A stretch of 64,000 bases of DNA from an uncultured Oscillibacter sp. (GCF_900546705.1 NZ_URDP01000003.1:20871-84870); one strand, 5' to 3'; positions 48,648 to 59,618 are shown, counted from the stretch's first letter. Notes: generated by a model not told the origin, from the letters alone. A program made the numbers and translations.

Positions 48648-49673
48648 ATGAAAACCAGTGATTTTTATTACGATCTGCCCCAGGAACTGATCGCCCAGAC
48701 GCCTCTGGAGCGGCGGGATGCCTCCCGCCTGATGACCCTGCGCCGGACGGACGGCGCCCTGGAGCACCACCACTTTTACGAGCTGCCGGACTTCCTGCGG
48801 CCGGGTGACTGCCTGATTCTGAACGACTCCCGAGTCCTGCCTGCCCGCCTGCTGGGACAGCGCCTGCCGGGCGGCGGTGCCTGCGAGGTTCTGCTGCTCA
48901 TTGACCGGGGCAACAAGACCTGGGAGTGCCTGGTGCGGCCAGGCAGAAAAATGAAGCCGGGGACCCGCCTGTCCTTTGGAAACGGCGAGCTGATGGCGGA
49001 GGTCACCGAGGAGCTGCCGGGGGGCAACCGCCTGGTGCGCTTTGACTATGACGGCATTTTCCTGGAGGTGCTGGAGCACCTGGGAAAGATGCCGCTGCCG
49101 CCCTACATCAAGGAGGAATTGCAGGATCAGGAGCGGTACCAGACTGTCTACTCCAAAGTCCTGGGCAGTGCCGCTGCACCTACGGCCGGACTGCACTTTA
49201 CGCCGGAGCTGCTGGAGAAGATCGCAGCTATGGGCGTGGGCATCGGATATGTGACGCTCCATGTTGGCCTGGGTACCTTCCGTCCGGTGAAGGAGGAGGA
49301 TATCGAGTCCCATCCTATGCACAGCGAGTACTGCGTGATCTCCCAGGAGACGGCGGACCTGATCAACCGGACCCGGGCCGCCGGCGGCCGCTGCATCTGT
49401 GTGGGAACCACCTCCTGCCGCACGCTGGAGAGCTTTGCCCGGGAGGACGGACACATGGAGCCCTCTGCCGGCTGGACGGATATCTTCATCTATCCCGGCT
49501 ATAAATTCAAGGTAATGGACGGCCTGGTGACCAACTTCCACCTGCCGGAGTCCACGCTGATTATGCTGGTGTCCGCTTTTGCGGGCCGGGAGCACATCCT
49601 CCATGCCTATGAGGAAGCGGTAAAGGAACGCTACCGGTTCTTCTCCTTCGGCGACGCCATGTTTTTGTACTGA
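48648..49673 (+). CDS. queA: S-adenosylmethionine:tRNA ribosyltransferase-isomerase
   Basis: [36 protein letters not shown]. Confidence 0.97.
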   Translation: MKTSDFYYDLPQELIAQTPLERRDASRLMTLRRTDGALEHHHFYELPDFLRPGDCLILNDSRVLPARLLGQRLPGGGACEVLLLIDRGNKTWECLVRPGRKMKPGTRLSFGNGELMAEVTEELPGGNRLVRFDYDGIFLEVLEHLGKMPLPPYIKEELQDQERYQTVYSKVLGSAAAPTAGLHFTPELLEKIAAMGVGIGYVTLHVGLGTFRPVKEEDIESHPMHSEYCVISQETADLINRTRAAGGRCICVGTTSCRTLESFAREDGHMEPSAGWTDIFIYPGYKFKVMDGLVTNFHLPESTLIMLVSAFAGREHILHAYEEAVKERYRFFSFGDAMFLY

Positions 49674-49716
49674 TTTACGCCCGGGTGGGCAGACTACGAT
49701 AAAGTGAGAGTGACGT

Positions 49717-50850
49717 ATGTTCAAAGTCATCAAGACCCAGGGCCGCGCCCGGCGCGGTCAGTTTTCCTGCGCCCACGGCGGCGTGGTGCAGACGCCTGTA
49801 TTCATGAACGTGGGGACCCAGGCGGCCATCAAGGGCGGCGTCAGTGCCCTGGACCTCAAGGAGGTGGGCTGCCAGATCGAACTGAGCAATACCTACCACC
49901 TGCACCTGCGTCCCGGCGATGAGTTGGTGCGGCGGATGGGCGGCCTGCACAAGTTCATGAACTGGGACGGCCCCATCCTGACGGATTCCGGCGGGTTCCA
50001 GGTGTTCTCCCTGGCCTCGCTGCGGCGAATCAAAGAGGAGGGAGTGTACTTTTCCTCCCACATCGACGGACGCAAGATCTTCATGGGGCCGGAGGAGTCC
50101 ATGCGCATTCAGTCCAACCTGGGCAGCGATATTGCCATGGCCTTTGACGAGTGCGTGGAGAACCCTGCCACCTACGAATATGCCAAAGCCAGCTGTGAGC
50201 GGACGGCCCGGTGGCTGGCCCGGTGCAAGGCGGAGCACGACCGGCTCAACGCTTTGCCGGAGACGGTGAACCCTCACCAGATGCTCTTCGGCATCAACCA
50301 GGGGGCTACCTTCGCGGATCTGCGCGTGTGGCACATGCAGGAGATTGCAAAGCTGGACTGCGACGGCTACGCCATCGGCGGACTAGCGGTGGGAGAGCCT
50401 GCGGAGGTGATGTATGAGATCATTGACGCGGTGGAGCCCCATATGCCCAAGGAGAAGCCCAGGTACCTGATGGGCGTGGGAACACCCAGCAATATCATCG
50501 AGGCAGTCAGCCGGGGTGTAGACTTCTTCGACTGTGTCATGCCCTCCCGAAACGGCCGCCACGGAAAGCTCTTTACCTGGGAGGGAACGGTCAATATCCT
50601 CAACGAAAAATATGCGGAGGATCCCCACCCTGTCAGCGAGAGCTGCAATTGCCCGGTATGCCGGAATTTCTCCCGGGCCTATCTGCGTCACCTTTTCAAG
50701 GCGGACGAGGTGCTGGCACTGCGGCTGGCGGTGCTGCATAATCTGTATTTTTACAACGAGCTTTTGGCCAGGATCCGCCAGGCGCTGGATGAGGACCGCT
50801 TTGATGCGTTCCGTGCCCGGTACAGCGGTGTTTTGGAGCAGCGAGTGTGA
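49717..50850 (+). CDS. tgt: tRNA-guanine transglycosylase
   Basis: NTYHL, DSGGFQVFSL, GGLAVGE, C.C..C...H zinc site. Confidence 0.97.
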   Translation: MFKVIKTQGRARRGQFSCAHGGVVQTPVFMNVGTQAAIKGGVSALDLKEVGCQIELSNTYHLHLRPGDELVRRMGGLHKFMNWDGPILTDSGGFQVFSLASLRRIKEEGVYFSSHIDGRKIFMGPEESMRIQSNLGSDIAMAFDECVENPATYEYAKASCERTARWLARCKAEHDRLNALPETVNPHQMLFGINQGATFADLRVWHMQEIAKLDCDGYAIGGLAVGEPAEVMYEIIDAVEPHMPKEKPRYLMGVGTPSNIIEAVSRGVDFFDCVMPSRNGRHGKLFTWEGTVNILNEKYAEDPHPVSESCNCPVCRNFSRAYLRHLFKADEVLALRLAVLHNLYFYNELLARIRQALDEDRFDAFRARYSGVLEQRV

Positions 50851-50930
50851 GAAAAGGGGTTGCAAAACCGGAAGGTTTTGGTATAATGGTGTCATTCTGA
50901 ATTTACGAAGGAAAAAGGAGTTTTCTAAAG

Positions 50931-51308
50931 ATGAACGAGAGCAGCTATTCCATTATCATGCTGGTCGTCCTGATGGTGGTGTTCTACTTCCTGCTGATCC
51001 GTCCCGAGAACAAGCGGAAGAAGAAAGCCCAGGAGATGCGGGAGAGCATCAAGAAGGGCGATACCATTACCACCATCGGCGGCATTGTGGGCCGCGTGGT
51101 CATGGTAAACCAGGATACGCTGGTCATTGAGACCAGTGAGGACCGTGTCCGGATGGAGATCACCAAGTGGGCCATTTCCACCACCGGTGTCCAGGCCAGC
51201 GACCAGCCCGCCAACGACAAGAAGAAAAAGAAGGACGAGGAGTCTCCTGTTGTGGAGAAGGCGGTTCCCGTGGAGGAGAAGCCTGCCGAAGAGGAGAAGA
51301 AGGACTGA
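50931..51308 (+). CDS. yajC: Preprotein translocase subunit YajC
   Basis: FYFLLIRP, GD.ITTIGGI.G. Confidence 0.93.
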   Translation: MNESSYSIIMLVVLMVVFYFLLIRPENKRKKKAQEMRESIKKGDTITTIGGIVGRVVMVNQDTLVIETSEDRVRMEITKWAISTTGVQASDQPANDKKKKKDEESPVVEKAVPVEEKPAEEEKKD

Positions 51309-51376
51309 TCCCGTCATAAAGTATGCCTCCCCGGGCATAGGCTCTGATACGAGCTTATGTCCGGGGAGGTTTTTTC

Positions 51377-51790
51377 ATGGGGAAGGAACGAAAAAAGACG
51401 GCGGCCTGGGTCTGGCCGCTGCGGGGGCTGGTGGTATCCCTGATTACTTATGTGGCTGCTGTGGCGCTGCTGGCACTGCTGATGACCCGGGGTACCGTAG
51501 GGGAGGATGCCGCTGATGTGGCTGTGGGTGCGTGCAGCGCCCTGGCTGCCTTTGCGGGGGGCGTACTCAGTGCCCGGCGGGGAAGCTGGGCACCGCTGCC
51601 CGGTGCACTGGCTGCGGCAGGCGGCCTTGCTGTGTGCATGGTAGCGGTAGGCCTGACGTGGGAGGAAGGCATTGGGTCTGGAGCGGTCATCCCTCTTTGC
51701 GGCTGCGGGGTCGGCGGAGTGCTTGCAGCAGCCGCCGGAAGACGTCCGGGCAGGAGAGTACGGGGGAAGGTCCATCGGCGCAAACCGTGA
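51377..51790 (+). CDS. TIGR04086-like membrane protein
   Basis: 4 TM, basic C-tail, position after yajC. Confidence 0.7.
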   Translation: MGKERKKTAAWVWPLRGLVVSLITYVAAVALLALLMTRGTVGEDAADVAVGACSALAAFAGGVLSARRGSWAPLPGALAAAGGLAVCMVAVGLTWEEGIGSGAVIPLCGCGVGGVLAAAAGRRPGRRVRGKVHRRKP

Positions 51791-52095
51791 ATTTTCACAA
51801 AACCGACGCCGGCCTGCGGTAAGCACCTGCGGGCCGGTGCCGGTTTTGTCATTTTCTCGGAGAGCGTGTGGGAGCATACAAATTTGATGGCACAGCATAA
51901 GATTGACGCTGGATCCGGTACTTTTGGCGGCAGGAAAAAGGTATTAACATATTTTGGTTTTGAAAGTTTACATAATACAGTTAACATAATATTTTGTCAT
52001 AATTTACAAAAACAAAGAAGTTTTTACAAATTCCTTGATAAATCGAGCAAATTGCACTATATTAAAATAATCAAGGATTTACGTCAACCACCGGC

Positions 52096-52122
52096 ATAAT
52101 GTCCGCCTCCGCCGCATAGGGT
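52096..52122 (+). promoter_or_regulatory. Sigma-E-like promoter for spoIIM
   Basis: ATA-N16-CATAGGGT. Confidence 0.6.
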
Positions 52123-52140
52123 GGCATGGAGGTGAGGCGG

Positions 52141-52770
52141 TTGAGAGGCAAGGGTCAGATCCGGGTTCCCGGTGGATCGGAAGGGGCGCCGCTGCCCCGG
52201 CTGGTTCTGCTGGCGGTATTCTTTTTGGCAGGCGTTTTTTTAGGACAGGTTCTGGCCCGGCGGGTACCGGAGAGTACCGGTGCAGAGTTGGAACAGTATC
52301 TGACGGACTTTGTGCAGGTGGGGGCAGATGGCCGACGGGCGGAAACCGTATTGTCCGCACTGCTGCTCTATTTCCGTTATCCGCTGGCGGCGTTTGTGCT
52401 GGGGTTTGTCTCGGCAGGCGCCGTGCTGGTGCCGTTGGTGTCGGCCGCGTTTGGCTTTTTTCTCTCGTTTTCCGTCTGCTGTTTTACAGCGGCGTTCGGA
52501 GGAGACGGTGTGCTGCTGGCTCTGGCGGTGTTCGGGCTGCGATGCCTGGTAACCATGCCGTGCTTTTTCTTGCTGGCAGCGCCTGCGTGGGGGGTATCGG
52601 TGTCCCGCCTGTCTTTTGGGAGAGGCAGACGGTCTGTGGTCCCGGCCTGTGGTCGGGAGGGCTGGCTGCGGTTTGCTGCGGTGTGCGGCGTGCTGCTGGC
52701 CGGCGTGTGTGTGGAGTTGTTTTTGCCGCCGTATCTGCTGCGGCTGATCCTGGAACGGATTTTAATTTGA
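52141..52770 (+). CDS. spoIIM: Stage II sporulation protein M
   Basis: Polytopic membrane protein upstream of xerD, sigma-E-like promoter, TTG after GGAGGTG. Confidence 0.75.
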   Translation: MRGKGQIRVPGGSEGAPLPRLVLLAVFFLAGVFLGQVLARRVPESTGAELEQYLTDFVQVGADGRRAETVLSALLLYFRYPLAAFVLGFVSAGAVLVPLVSAAFGFFLSFSVCCFTAAFGGDGVLLALAVFGLRCLVTMPCFFLLAAPAWGVSVSRLSFGRGRRSVVPACGREGWLRFAAVCGVLLAGVCVELFLPPYLLRLILERILI

Positions 52771-52790
52771 ACATGAAAGGGGGAGGTACG

Positions 52791-53675
52791 ATGGCCGAGG
52801 AGGATATTGCCCGGTATGGTGCGTATCTGCGGGAGGTAAAGCACGCCTCACAAAATACCGTGAGTTCCTATCTCAGGGATGTCACGCAGTTTTCCTCGTA
52901 CCTCTCTGAGCGCGCATGTACGCTGCGGCAGGCGGACGGTGCCAGTGTGCGGGACTACATGGACTGGATGCGCCGTCACGGCAAGTCCGCTGCATCGGTC
53001 ACTCGTTTTCTGGCTTCCGTCAAGTCGTTTTACAGCTTCCTGGTTGCGTCCGGCGATGTGGCGGAGAGCCCGGCCAAGGGGATCGTGGCCGACCGTGCCG
53101 AGCGGAAGTATCCGGAGATTCTGACAGCCAAAGAGGTGGAGCTGTTTTTGGACCAGCCCCAGTGTGTGGATGCCAAGGGGTACCGGGACCACGCCATGCT
53201 GGAGCTGCTCTATGCCACCGGAATTCGGGTCAGCGAGCTGATCTCTCTGGACTTGGGAGACGTAAACCTGGCCGCGGGCTTTATTCGCTGCGAAAGCCGG
53301 GGAAGAGAGCGGATCATTCCGCTTTACCACACGGCGGTAAAGGCACTGCAGGACTATATCCGCAATATCCGGCCGGAGCTGGTGGAGGACGGCGAAACAC
53401 AGGCGCTGTTCGTCAACATGAACGGCGAGCGGATGAGCCGTCAGGGCTTCTGGAAAATCATCAAGTACTACCAGGAGAAGGCGGGAATTCAAAAGGACAT
53501 CACACCCCACACGCTGCGTCATTCCTTTGCGGTGCACCTGCTGGAAAACGGTGCGGATCTGCGTTCCATCCAGGAGATGCTGGGGCATGCGGATATCTCC
53601 TCCACCCAGATCTATACCCATGTGATCAAACATCAGCTCAAGGATGTGTATCAGAAGGCACACCCCAGAGCGTAG
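52791..53675 (+). CDS. xerD: Tyrosine recombinase XerD
   Basis: LYATGIRVSEL, TPHTLRHSFA.HLLENGADL, LGHADISSTQIYTH; spoIIM-xerD order. Confidence 0.93.
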   Translation: MAEEDIARYGAYLREVKHASQNTVSSYLRDVTQFSSYLSERACTLRQADGASVRDYMDWMRRHGKSAASVTRFLASVKSFYSFLVASGDVAESPAKGIVADRAERKYPEILTAKEVELFLDQPQCVDAKGYRDHAMLELLYATGIRVSELISLDLGDVNLAAGFIRCESRGRERIIPLYHTAVKALQDYIRNIRPELVEDGETQALFVNMNGERMSRQGFWKIIKYYQEKAGIQKDITPHTLRHSFAVHLLENGADLRSIQEMLGHADISSTQIYTHVIKHQLKDVYQKAHPRA

Positions 53676-53792
53676 CGGACAAAATTGGCATGTTCCCCCG
53701 ACCAGGGTGTCCCGGCCGGGGGTTTATTTTTTGCTTTTCAGAAAACAAATGATACACCTTGCGGCTCTAATAGATAGAAAGGAGGGTGGGAT

Positions 53793-54266
53793 ATGGATCG
53801 AGAGGAATTCGCGGAGCGTACACAACGGCTGAAAGCGCGGCTGTACCGCACCGCCTATTTGTATCTTGGCAGTGAAGCAGATGCGTTGGAGGCCGTGGAT
53901 GAAGCGGTATACCTCGCACTGCGAAGCCTGCGGAAGCTGCGGGAGGAGGCCTTTTTCGACACCTGGATGACCCGCATCCTGCTCAACGAATGTCATCGGG
54001 AGCTGCGCCGGCGCACACGGCTTGCTCCCATGGAGGGGCTTCCGGAGAGCGCGGGAGCGGATGCCTACGATTCGCTGCCTTTGAAGGAGGCCGTAGAGCG
54101 GCTGCCGGAGCAGCTGCGGGCGGTGGTGATCCTGCGCTATTTTACCGGCTATACCCAGGCAGAGACGGCCGCCGCATTGGCTATTCCCCAGGGGACCGTG
54201 GCCACTCGCCAGCGGCGCGCCCTGGAGCTGCTGCGGCTGGATTTGGGAGAGGAGGGAGTGAAATGA
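53793..54266 (+). CDS. ECF-type RNA polymerase sigma factor
   Basis: LYRTAY...DA..AV.E, F.TW.TRIL.NEC, IP.GTV..R. Confidence 0.92.
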   Translation: MDREEFAERTQRLKARLYRTAYLYLGSEADALEAVDEAVYLALRSLRKLREEAFFDTWMTRILLNECHRELRRRTRLAPMEGLPESAGADAYDSLPLKEAVERLPEQLRAVVILRYFTGYTQAETAAALAIPQGTVATRQRRALELLRLDLGEEGVK

Positions 54267-55615
54267 CGCGCAACGAGGAATATCAGCAGCTGCTGGAGCA
54301 GCTGAATGAGACGCCGCCATCACTGGAATACACGGTGCAGCGGGCACAGACAAGGGAAAAGGCATGCAGGCGGAGATGGAGGCTGCTGGGGGTGCCGGCA
54401 GGGAGTCTGGCAATCTGCTTTACAGCCTTTGCGCTGCTGGTGAATCTCTTCCCCACCTTCGCCTATGCCTGCGGCGGCGTTCCTGTGCTGAGGGAGCTTG
54501 CCAAGGCGGTGGCTTGGTCGACCAGCCTGTCCGCCGCCGTGGAGAACCGGTATGTGCAGCCCATGGGGATCTCCCAGACTCAAAACGGCGTTACTGCCAC
54601 AGTGGAGTATTTGATCGTGGATCAAAAGCAGGTGAACATCTTCTTTACGCTGGAGGGGGCGTATGAGTATCTCTCCGCTGATATGCCAACTTTTTCCCCA
54701 GTACAGCGGTGCTCCGTTCTGGGTGCGGATTTCCGGCAGCCGCCGGGGACGCTGCTCCGCTTTACGCTGGACTACGGAGAAGAGAATGTACCGGACGGGT
54801 TCACCATGACGTTCCCCGTCTTTGGGGAACAGACGGAGAAACAGGATACTTCCGCCGCTCCGGAGCGGTCCTATGAGGAGACGATGCTCTCTCCTGAGGA
54901 AGAGCCGGAACGGGAAATTCTGGCGGAGTTTACGTTTGACCTGCACTTCGATCCCACCTATACAGATCAGGGAGAGAGGATCTCCGTTCAGCAAAACTTT
55001 GAACTGGACGGCCAGGCGCTGACGGTCACGGAGGCGGAGGTGTACCCCACCCATGTGCGGATTCATGTCGTCGGAGCGGAGGAGAACTCCGCCTGGCTGA
55101 AGGGACTGGAGTTTTATCTGGAGGACGAGGAGGGGAATCGGTTCGAGGCCATCTCCAACGGGATTGTGGCCAGTGGGGACACGGACACCCCGGCCAATGT
55201 GTCCTTCCGGCTGGAGAGCACCTATTTCAGCCGCAGTGAGCATCTGACACTGCATATCACCGGCGCTGAGTGGCTGGATAAGGCCCACGAACGGGTGGAG
55301 ATCGACCTGAAAAATCAGGCGGCTCCCTGGCTTCCAGAGGGCGTGACACTCCTGGAGGCGCAGGAATACCCGGATGGGTGGACGCTGCAGTTTGCAGTGT
55401 CCGAGGGGCTTCGAAAGCAGCCCTTCGCCATGACGTTCTACGATGAGAATGGCGACTCCCATGAGATGCACAGCCAGGGATTCACCGTCGCAGAAGGGGA
55501 GAACTCCACCTTGTATCTGCCGCTGTCGGGCTACCATGGTGACCGGGTGTGGCTGGAGGCCCATTATTCACGCTTTACCAAAGCAACGATGCCCGTCTCC
55601 ATTCCGATCAAATGA
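54263..55615 (+). CDS. Anti-sigma factor (DUF4179-like, single TM)
   Basis: Coupled to ECF sigma; TM then LVN..P.FA.A, AVEN.YVQ. Confidence 0.8.
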   Translation: MTRNEEYQQLLEQLNETPPSLEYTVQRAQTREKACRRRWRLLGVPAGSLAICFTAFALLVNLFPTFAYACGGVPVLRELAKAVAWSTSLSAAVENRYVQPMGISQTQNGVTATVEYLIVDQKQVNIFFTLEGAYEYLSADMPTFSPVQRCSVLGADFRQPPGTLLRFTLDYGEENVPDGFTMTFPVFGEQTEKQDTSAAPERSYEETMLSPEEEPEREILAEFTFDLHFDPTYTDQGERISVQQNFELDGQALTVTEAEVYPTHVRIHVVGAEENSAWLKGLEFYLEDEEGNRFEAISNGIVASGDTDTPANVSFRLESTYFSRSEHLTLHITGAEWLDKAHERVEIDLKNQAAPWLPEGVTLLEAQEYPDGWTLQFAVSEGLRKQPFAMTFYDENGDSHEMHSQGFTVAEGENSTLYLPLSGYHGDRVWLEAHYSRFTKATMPVSIPIK

Positions 55616-55623
55616 CCAAAGCG

Positions 55624-55656
55624 AAAGGATGCCCGCAAAAGCGGGCATCCTTTTTT
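55624..55656 (+). terminator. Intrinsic terminator after anti-sigma gene
   Basis: AAAGGATGCCCGC-AAAA-GCGGGCATCCTTT plus T-tract. Confidence 0.8.
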
Positions 55657-55719
55657 CTGTTGCGCAATCTTTGAAAATTTGCTATACTTACAAAGAATGT
55701 ATACTGGAGGAGGAGCGCC

Positions 55720-56229
55720 ATGCGAATTTTGGGGATTGACCCGGGTTATGCTACCATCGGCTTCGGCGTGGTGGAGGCCCAGGGAGCACAGGTGCGCATG
55801 GTGACCTACGGCGCTATTACTACGCCGGCAGGACTGCCCCTGTCCAGACGGCTCTATCAGATTGGTACAGATATGGAGGAGCTGATCGGAAAGGTGCATC
55901 CGGACGTGATTTCCATCGAGGAGCTGTTTTTCAATACCAATATTACCACCGGCATTGCGGTGGCCCACGGCCGCGGCGTCATTTTGTACGCTGCGGAAAA
56001 ATGCGGGATTCCTCTGTATGAGTACACACCCGGCCAGGTAAAGCTGGCCGTGACCGGCTACGGAAAGGCGGAAAAGCGACAGGTGATGGATATGACCCGC
56101 CGCCTTTTGAAGCTCAATGCGGTCCCCCGACCGGACGATGCGGCGGATGCCCTTGCACTGGCACTCTGCCATGCAAGGAGTTTCACTTCACGGCTCCCGC
56201 AGCGCAGCGATGTGCGGGAGACAATTTAA
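55720..56229 (+). CDS. ruvC: Holliday junction resolvase
   Basis: ILGIDPG, E.LFF..N, PDDAADALA. Confidence 0.96.
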   Translation: MRILGIDPGYATIGFGVVEAQGAQVRMVTYGAITTPAGLPLSRRLYQIGTDMEELIGKVHPDVISIEELFFNTNITTGIAVAHGRGVILYAAEKCGIPLYEYTPGQVKLAVTGYGKAEKRQVMDMTRRLLKLNAVPRPDDAADALALALCHARSFTSRLPQRSDVRETI

Positions 56230-56239
56230 GGAGAAAGCC

Positions 56240-56848
56240 ATGTTTTACTATTTGGAAGGGACGGTGGCGGAGCTGCTGCCCTACCTGGCCGTCATTGATT
56301 GCGGCGGGGTGGGATATGCCTGCAAGACCACGAACAATACGCTGGCCCATCTGAAAAAGGGACAGAAGGGAAAGGTCTATACTTATTTAAATGTCGGTGA
56401 AGACGTGTTTGACCTGTATGGATTTGCTACACAGAGCGAGCTGAACACGTTCCGCATGTTGCTGGGCGTCTCCGGTGTGGGACCCAAAGCGGCCCTGGCA
56501 ATTCTCTCGTCCGGCACGCCGGATGCGCTGGCCATGGCGATTATCACCGGAGATGAGAAGGCCTTGACGGCGGCGCCGGGCGTGGGAAAGAAAATCGCAC
56601 AGCGGATTATCCTGGAACTGAAGGACAAGCTGGCCAAGGAGTCTGCGGTCACAGGACTGGATTTTTCCGGTGGAGGCGCAGCTGTCAACAATATTTCCTT
56701 TACAAATAAGGCGGCAGAAGCAGCACAGGCACTGGCGGTGCTGGGATATTCCAGCGCGGAGGTGTCGATGGCGCTCAAAGGCGTGGACGTGGAAAATCTG
56801 CCTCTGGAGGAGATCATCCGACAGAGTCTGAAAAAGATGGTGAAGTGA
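56240..56848 (+). CDS. ruvA: Holliday junction branch migration protein RuvA
   Basis: GVGY, LYGF, VSGVGPKAAL, PGVGKK.A.RIILELK. Confidence 0.96.
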   Translation: MFYYLEGTVAELLPYLAVIDCGGVGYACKTTNNTLAHLKKGQKGKVYTYLNVGEDVFDLYGFATQSELNTFRMLLGVSGVGPKAALAILSSGTPDALAMAIITGDEKALTAAPGVGKKIAQRIILELKDKLAKESAVTGLDFSGGGAAVNNISFTNKAAEAAQALAVLGYSSAEVSMALKGVDVENLPLEEIIRQSLKKMVK

Positions 56849-56850
56849 AG

Positions 56851-57078
56851 ATGAGCGAAAAGGTATTGGGATTTGTACTGGCAATCGCTGCGGCGGCCGC
56901 GGCACTGCCGGCAGCACTGTTCGGGCTGCGGTTCCAGATGCTCCGCCAGAAAAAGCGCAGAGGTGAGACACTGTCGGAGGCGGAAAAGAAGCTGATGGTA
57001 AAGAATACGGTAATTTTTGTGGTGTGCCTGCTGGCGGTATACGGCCTTGGCTTTGCGAGCATCCGCTGTTTTCGCTGA
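56851..57078 (+). CDS. Small 2-TM hypothetical protein between ruvA and ruvB
   Basis: Fills the gap; two hydrophobic helices with a basic loop. Confidence 0.6.
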   Translation: MSEKVLGFVLAIAAAAAALPAALFGLRFQMLRQKKRRGETLSEAEKKLMVKNTVIFVVCLLAVYGLGFASIRCFR

Positions 57079-57096
57079 AAGGGAGGTCGGCAACCG

Positions 57097-58161
57097 TTGA
57101 GCATCGACTTTGGAAACGATATTTATGAGGAGCCTCTGGTAGCCAAGACCTTTTTGCAGGAGGATGCCCAGGAGGGGTCGCTGCGGCCGAGAACACTGCG
57201 GGAGTACATCGGACAGGAAAAGGCAAAGGCAAACCTCTCTGTTTTTATTGAGGCGGCCCGCAGACGGGAGGAAGCACTGGACCATGTGCTGCTCCACGGC
57301 CCTCCCGGTTTGGGAAAGACCACGCTGGCGGGGATCATTGCCCAGGAGATGGGGGTTGGAATCCGGATTACCTCCGGCCCGGCCATTGAAAAACCGGGGG
57401 ATCTGGCGGCACTTTTGACCAATCTCAGCGAGGGTGACATCCTGTTTGTAGATGAGATTCACCGGCTCAACCGGGCCGTGGAAGAGATTCTGTATCCGGC
57501 TATGGAGGACTATGCCCTGGATATCATTGTGGGCAAAGGACCGTCGGCAAACTCCATCCGATTGGATCTGCCCAAGTTTACCTTGATCGGAGCAACTACC
57601 CGGGCCGGACAGCTGTCAGCGCCCCTGCGGGACCGTTTCGGCGTGACACTGCGGCTGGAACTGTACACACCGGAGGAGCTGGCGAAGATCGTGACCCGCT
57701 CCGCCGGAATATTGAACGTGGACATTGTGCCGGAAGGTGCTTATGAAATCGCCCGGCGCAGCCGTGGCACGCCCCGAATCGCCAACCGGATGCTCCGGCG
57801 GGTCCGGGACTTTGCGCAGGTGAAGGCGGACGGCGTCATTACCGCCGCTGTGGCAGACGAGGCCCTCTGCGCGCTGGAGATCGATCAGCTGGGACTGGAC
57901 AGCGTGGACCGGCGTATGATGACTGCCATCATCGATAATTACGGCGGCGGCCCGGTGGGCCTTGAGACACTGGCGGCCACCATCGGCGAGGAGTCCGTAA
58001 CGCTGGAGGACGTTTACGAGCCGTACCTGATGCAGTTGGGCTTTTTGACACGGACCCCTCGCGGCCGCTGTGTGACGCAGAAGGCCTACCGGCACCTGCA
58101 TCGGAGTGTCCCCGGTGGTCTGGTGCCGGAGTCTGCCATGGAGCAGCTGACATTGGACTGA
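57097..58161 (+). CDS. ruvB: Holliday junction branch migration helicase RuvB
   Basis: [28 protein letters not shown]. Confidence 0.97.
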   Translation: MSIDFGNDIYEEPLVAKTFLQEDAQEGSLRPRTLREYIGQEKAKANLSVFIEAARRREEALDHVLLHGPPGLGKTTLAGIIAQEMGVGIRITSGPAIEKPGDLAALLTNLSEGDILFVDEIHRLNRAVEEILYPAMEDYALDIIVGKGPSANSIRLDLPKFTLIGATTRAGQLSAPLRDRFGVTLRLELYTPEELAKIVTRSAGILNVDIVPEGAYEIARRSRGTPRIANRMLRRVRDFAQVKADGVITAAVADEALCALEIDQLGLDSVDRRMMTAIIDNYGGGPVGLETLAATIGEESVTLEDVYEPYLMQLGFLTRTPRGRCVTQKAYRHLHRSVPGGLVPESAMEQLTLD

Positions 58162-58232
58162 ACAATATATACTGCATATACTGCTGAAAAGTAAAAATTC
58201 TTTACTGATGCTTTGGAAAGGAAATTGACGTT

Positions 58233-59588
58233 ATGGGAAAGCTTTTTGGAACCGATGGGATTCGGGGCGTTGTGGGGGAAAACCTTACTGCCGAGATGGC
58301 CTTTCGGGTTGGACAGGCTGTTGCCACGGTTTTGAAAGAGGATAAGGGCAGCCGTCCCATGGTGGTGATCGGGAAGGATACCCGCGTGTCTTCCGATATG
58401 CTGGAGTCTGCTCTGGTGGCCGGTATCTGTTCGGTAGGCGGCGACGTAAAGCCGGTGGGGACGATCCCCACGCCTGCAGTTGCCTACCTGGCGGTGCGGG
58501 AGAAGGCAGATGCCGGTATCGTGATCTCTGCTTCTCACAATCCCTATGAGCACAACGGTATCAAAGTGTTCAGCGGCGAGGGCTATAAGCTTTCCGACGC
58601 GGTGGAGGAGCGGATTGAGGAGCGGATTCTCTCTGATGCTCCCATGGCGCTGGCAACCCGGGGAGAGATCGGCCGCAGACACCGCGGCAGTGAGGCACTC
58701 CGCACGGAGTATATTGAATTTGTAGCGTCTACCATTGAAAGTGATCTCGCGGGACTGAAGATCCTGTGCGACTGCGCTAACGGCGCGGCCAGCGCCACGG
58801 CTCCTGACCTGTTTGCCCGCTTTCAGGCGCACACAGACTTCATTCATACGAAACCCGACGGCGTCAACATTAATAATGGCTGCGGCTCCACCCATCTGGA
58901 GAAGCTCTCTGCCGCTGTGGTTGCAGGCGGCTACGATGTAGGTGTGGCCTTTGACGGCGACGCCGACCGTTGTTTGCTGGTTGACGAGAAGGGGCAGACT
59001 ATTGACGGCGACAAGGTTATGGCGGTCTGCGCCATGGACATGAGGCGTCGGGGCGTTTTGAACGGCGACACCATTGTGGCCACGGTGATGAGCAATCTTG
59101 GCCTGCATGAATTCTGCCGCAACCAGGGACTGCATCTGATCTGCACTGCCGTGGGGGACCGCAATGTGCTGGAGGAGATGCTGCGCCACGACTATCGGAT
59201 CGGCGGCGAGCAGTCCGGCCATACCATCTTCACCGGCCTGGAGACCACCGGCGACGGCGAGGTGACCGCTCTGCAATTTCTGCAGGTGCTGGCCACGTCC
59301 GGGAAGAAGGCGTCGGAGCTGGCGTCCTGCTGTGCCACCTATCCCCAGGTGCTCTTGAATGTGGAAGTTCCTCACAGCGGCGGTGTCAAGGAAAAGATCA
59401 TGGCCTCCGATGAACTGAAGGCGGCCGTGGAGCGGGAGGAGAACGCACTGGGCAGCGAGGGCCGGGTGCTGGTTCGTCCCTCCGGAACGGAGGCACTGAT
59501 CCGGGTCATGGTAGAAGCCAAGACCCAGGAAATTGCCGGCGAAGTGGCTCAGCGGCTGGCGGATTTTATAAAATCACTAAAAATCTGA
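58233..59588 (+). CDS. glmM: Phosphoglucosamine mutase
   Basis: LFGTDGIRG, SASHNP, DGDADR, GGEQSGH, RPSGTE. Confidence 0.96.
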   Translation: MGKLFGTDGIRGVVGENLTAEMAFRVGQAVATVLKEDKGSRPMVVIGKDTRVSSDMLESALVAGICSVGGDVKPVGTIPTPAVAYLAVREKADAGIVISASHNPYEHNGIKVFSGEGYKLSDAVEERIEERILSDAPMALATRGEIGRRHRGSEALRTEYIEFVASTIESDLAGLKILCDCANGAASATAPDLFARFQAHTDFIHTKPDGVNINNGCGSTHLEKLSAAVVAGGYDVGVAFDGDADRCLLVDEKGQTIDGDKVMAVCAMDMRRRGVLNGDTIVATVMSNLGLHEFCRNQGLHLICTAVGDRNVLEEMLRHDYRIGGEQSGHTIFTGLETTGDGEVTALQFLQVLATSGKKASELASCCATYPQVLLNVEVPHSGGVKEKIMASDELKAAVEREENALGSEGRVLVRPSGTEALIRVMVEAKTQEIAGEVAQRLADFIKSLKI

Positions 59589-59618
59589 GAATCTGCCCCT
59601 CTGTTTTTGATAATTTGC

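Noticed and set aside
52791..53675. Phage or ICE integrase
   Set aside because: XerD-type motifs and spoIIM-xerD order indicate the housekeeping recombinase; no att sites or cargo
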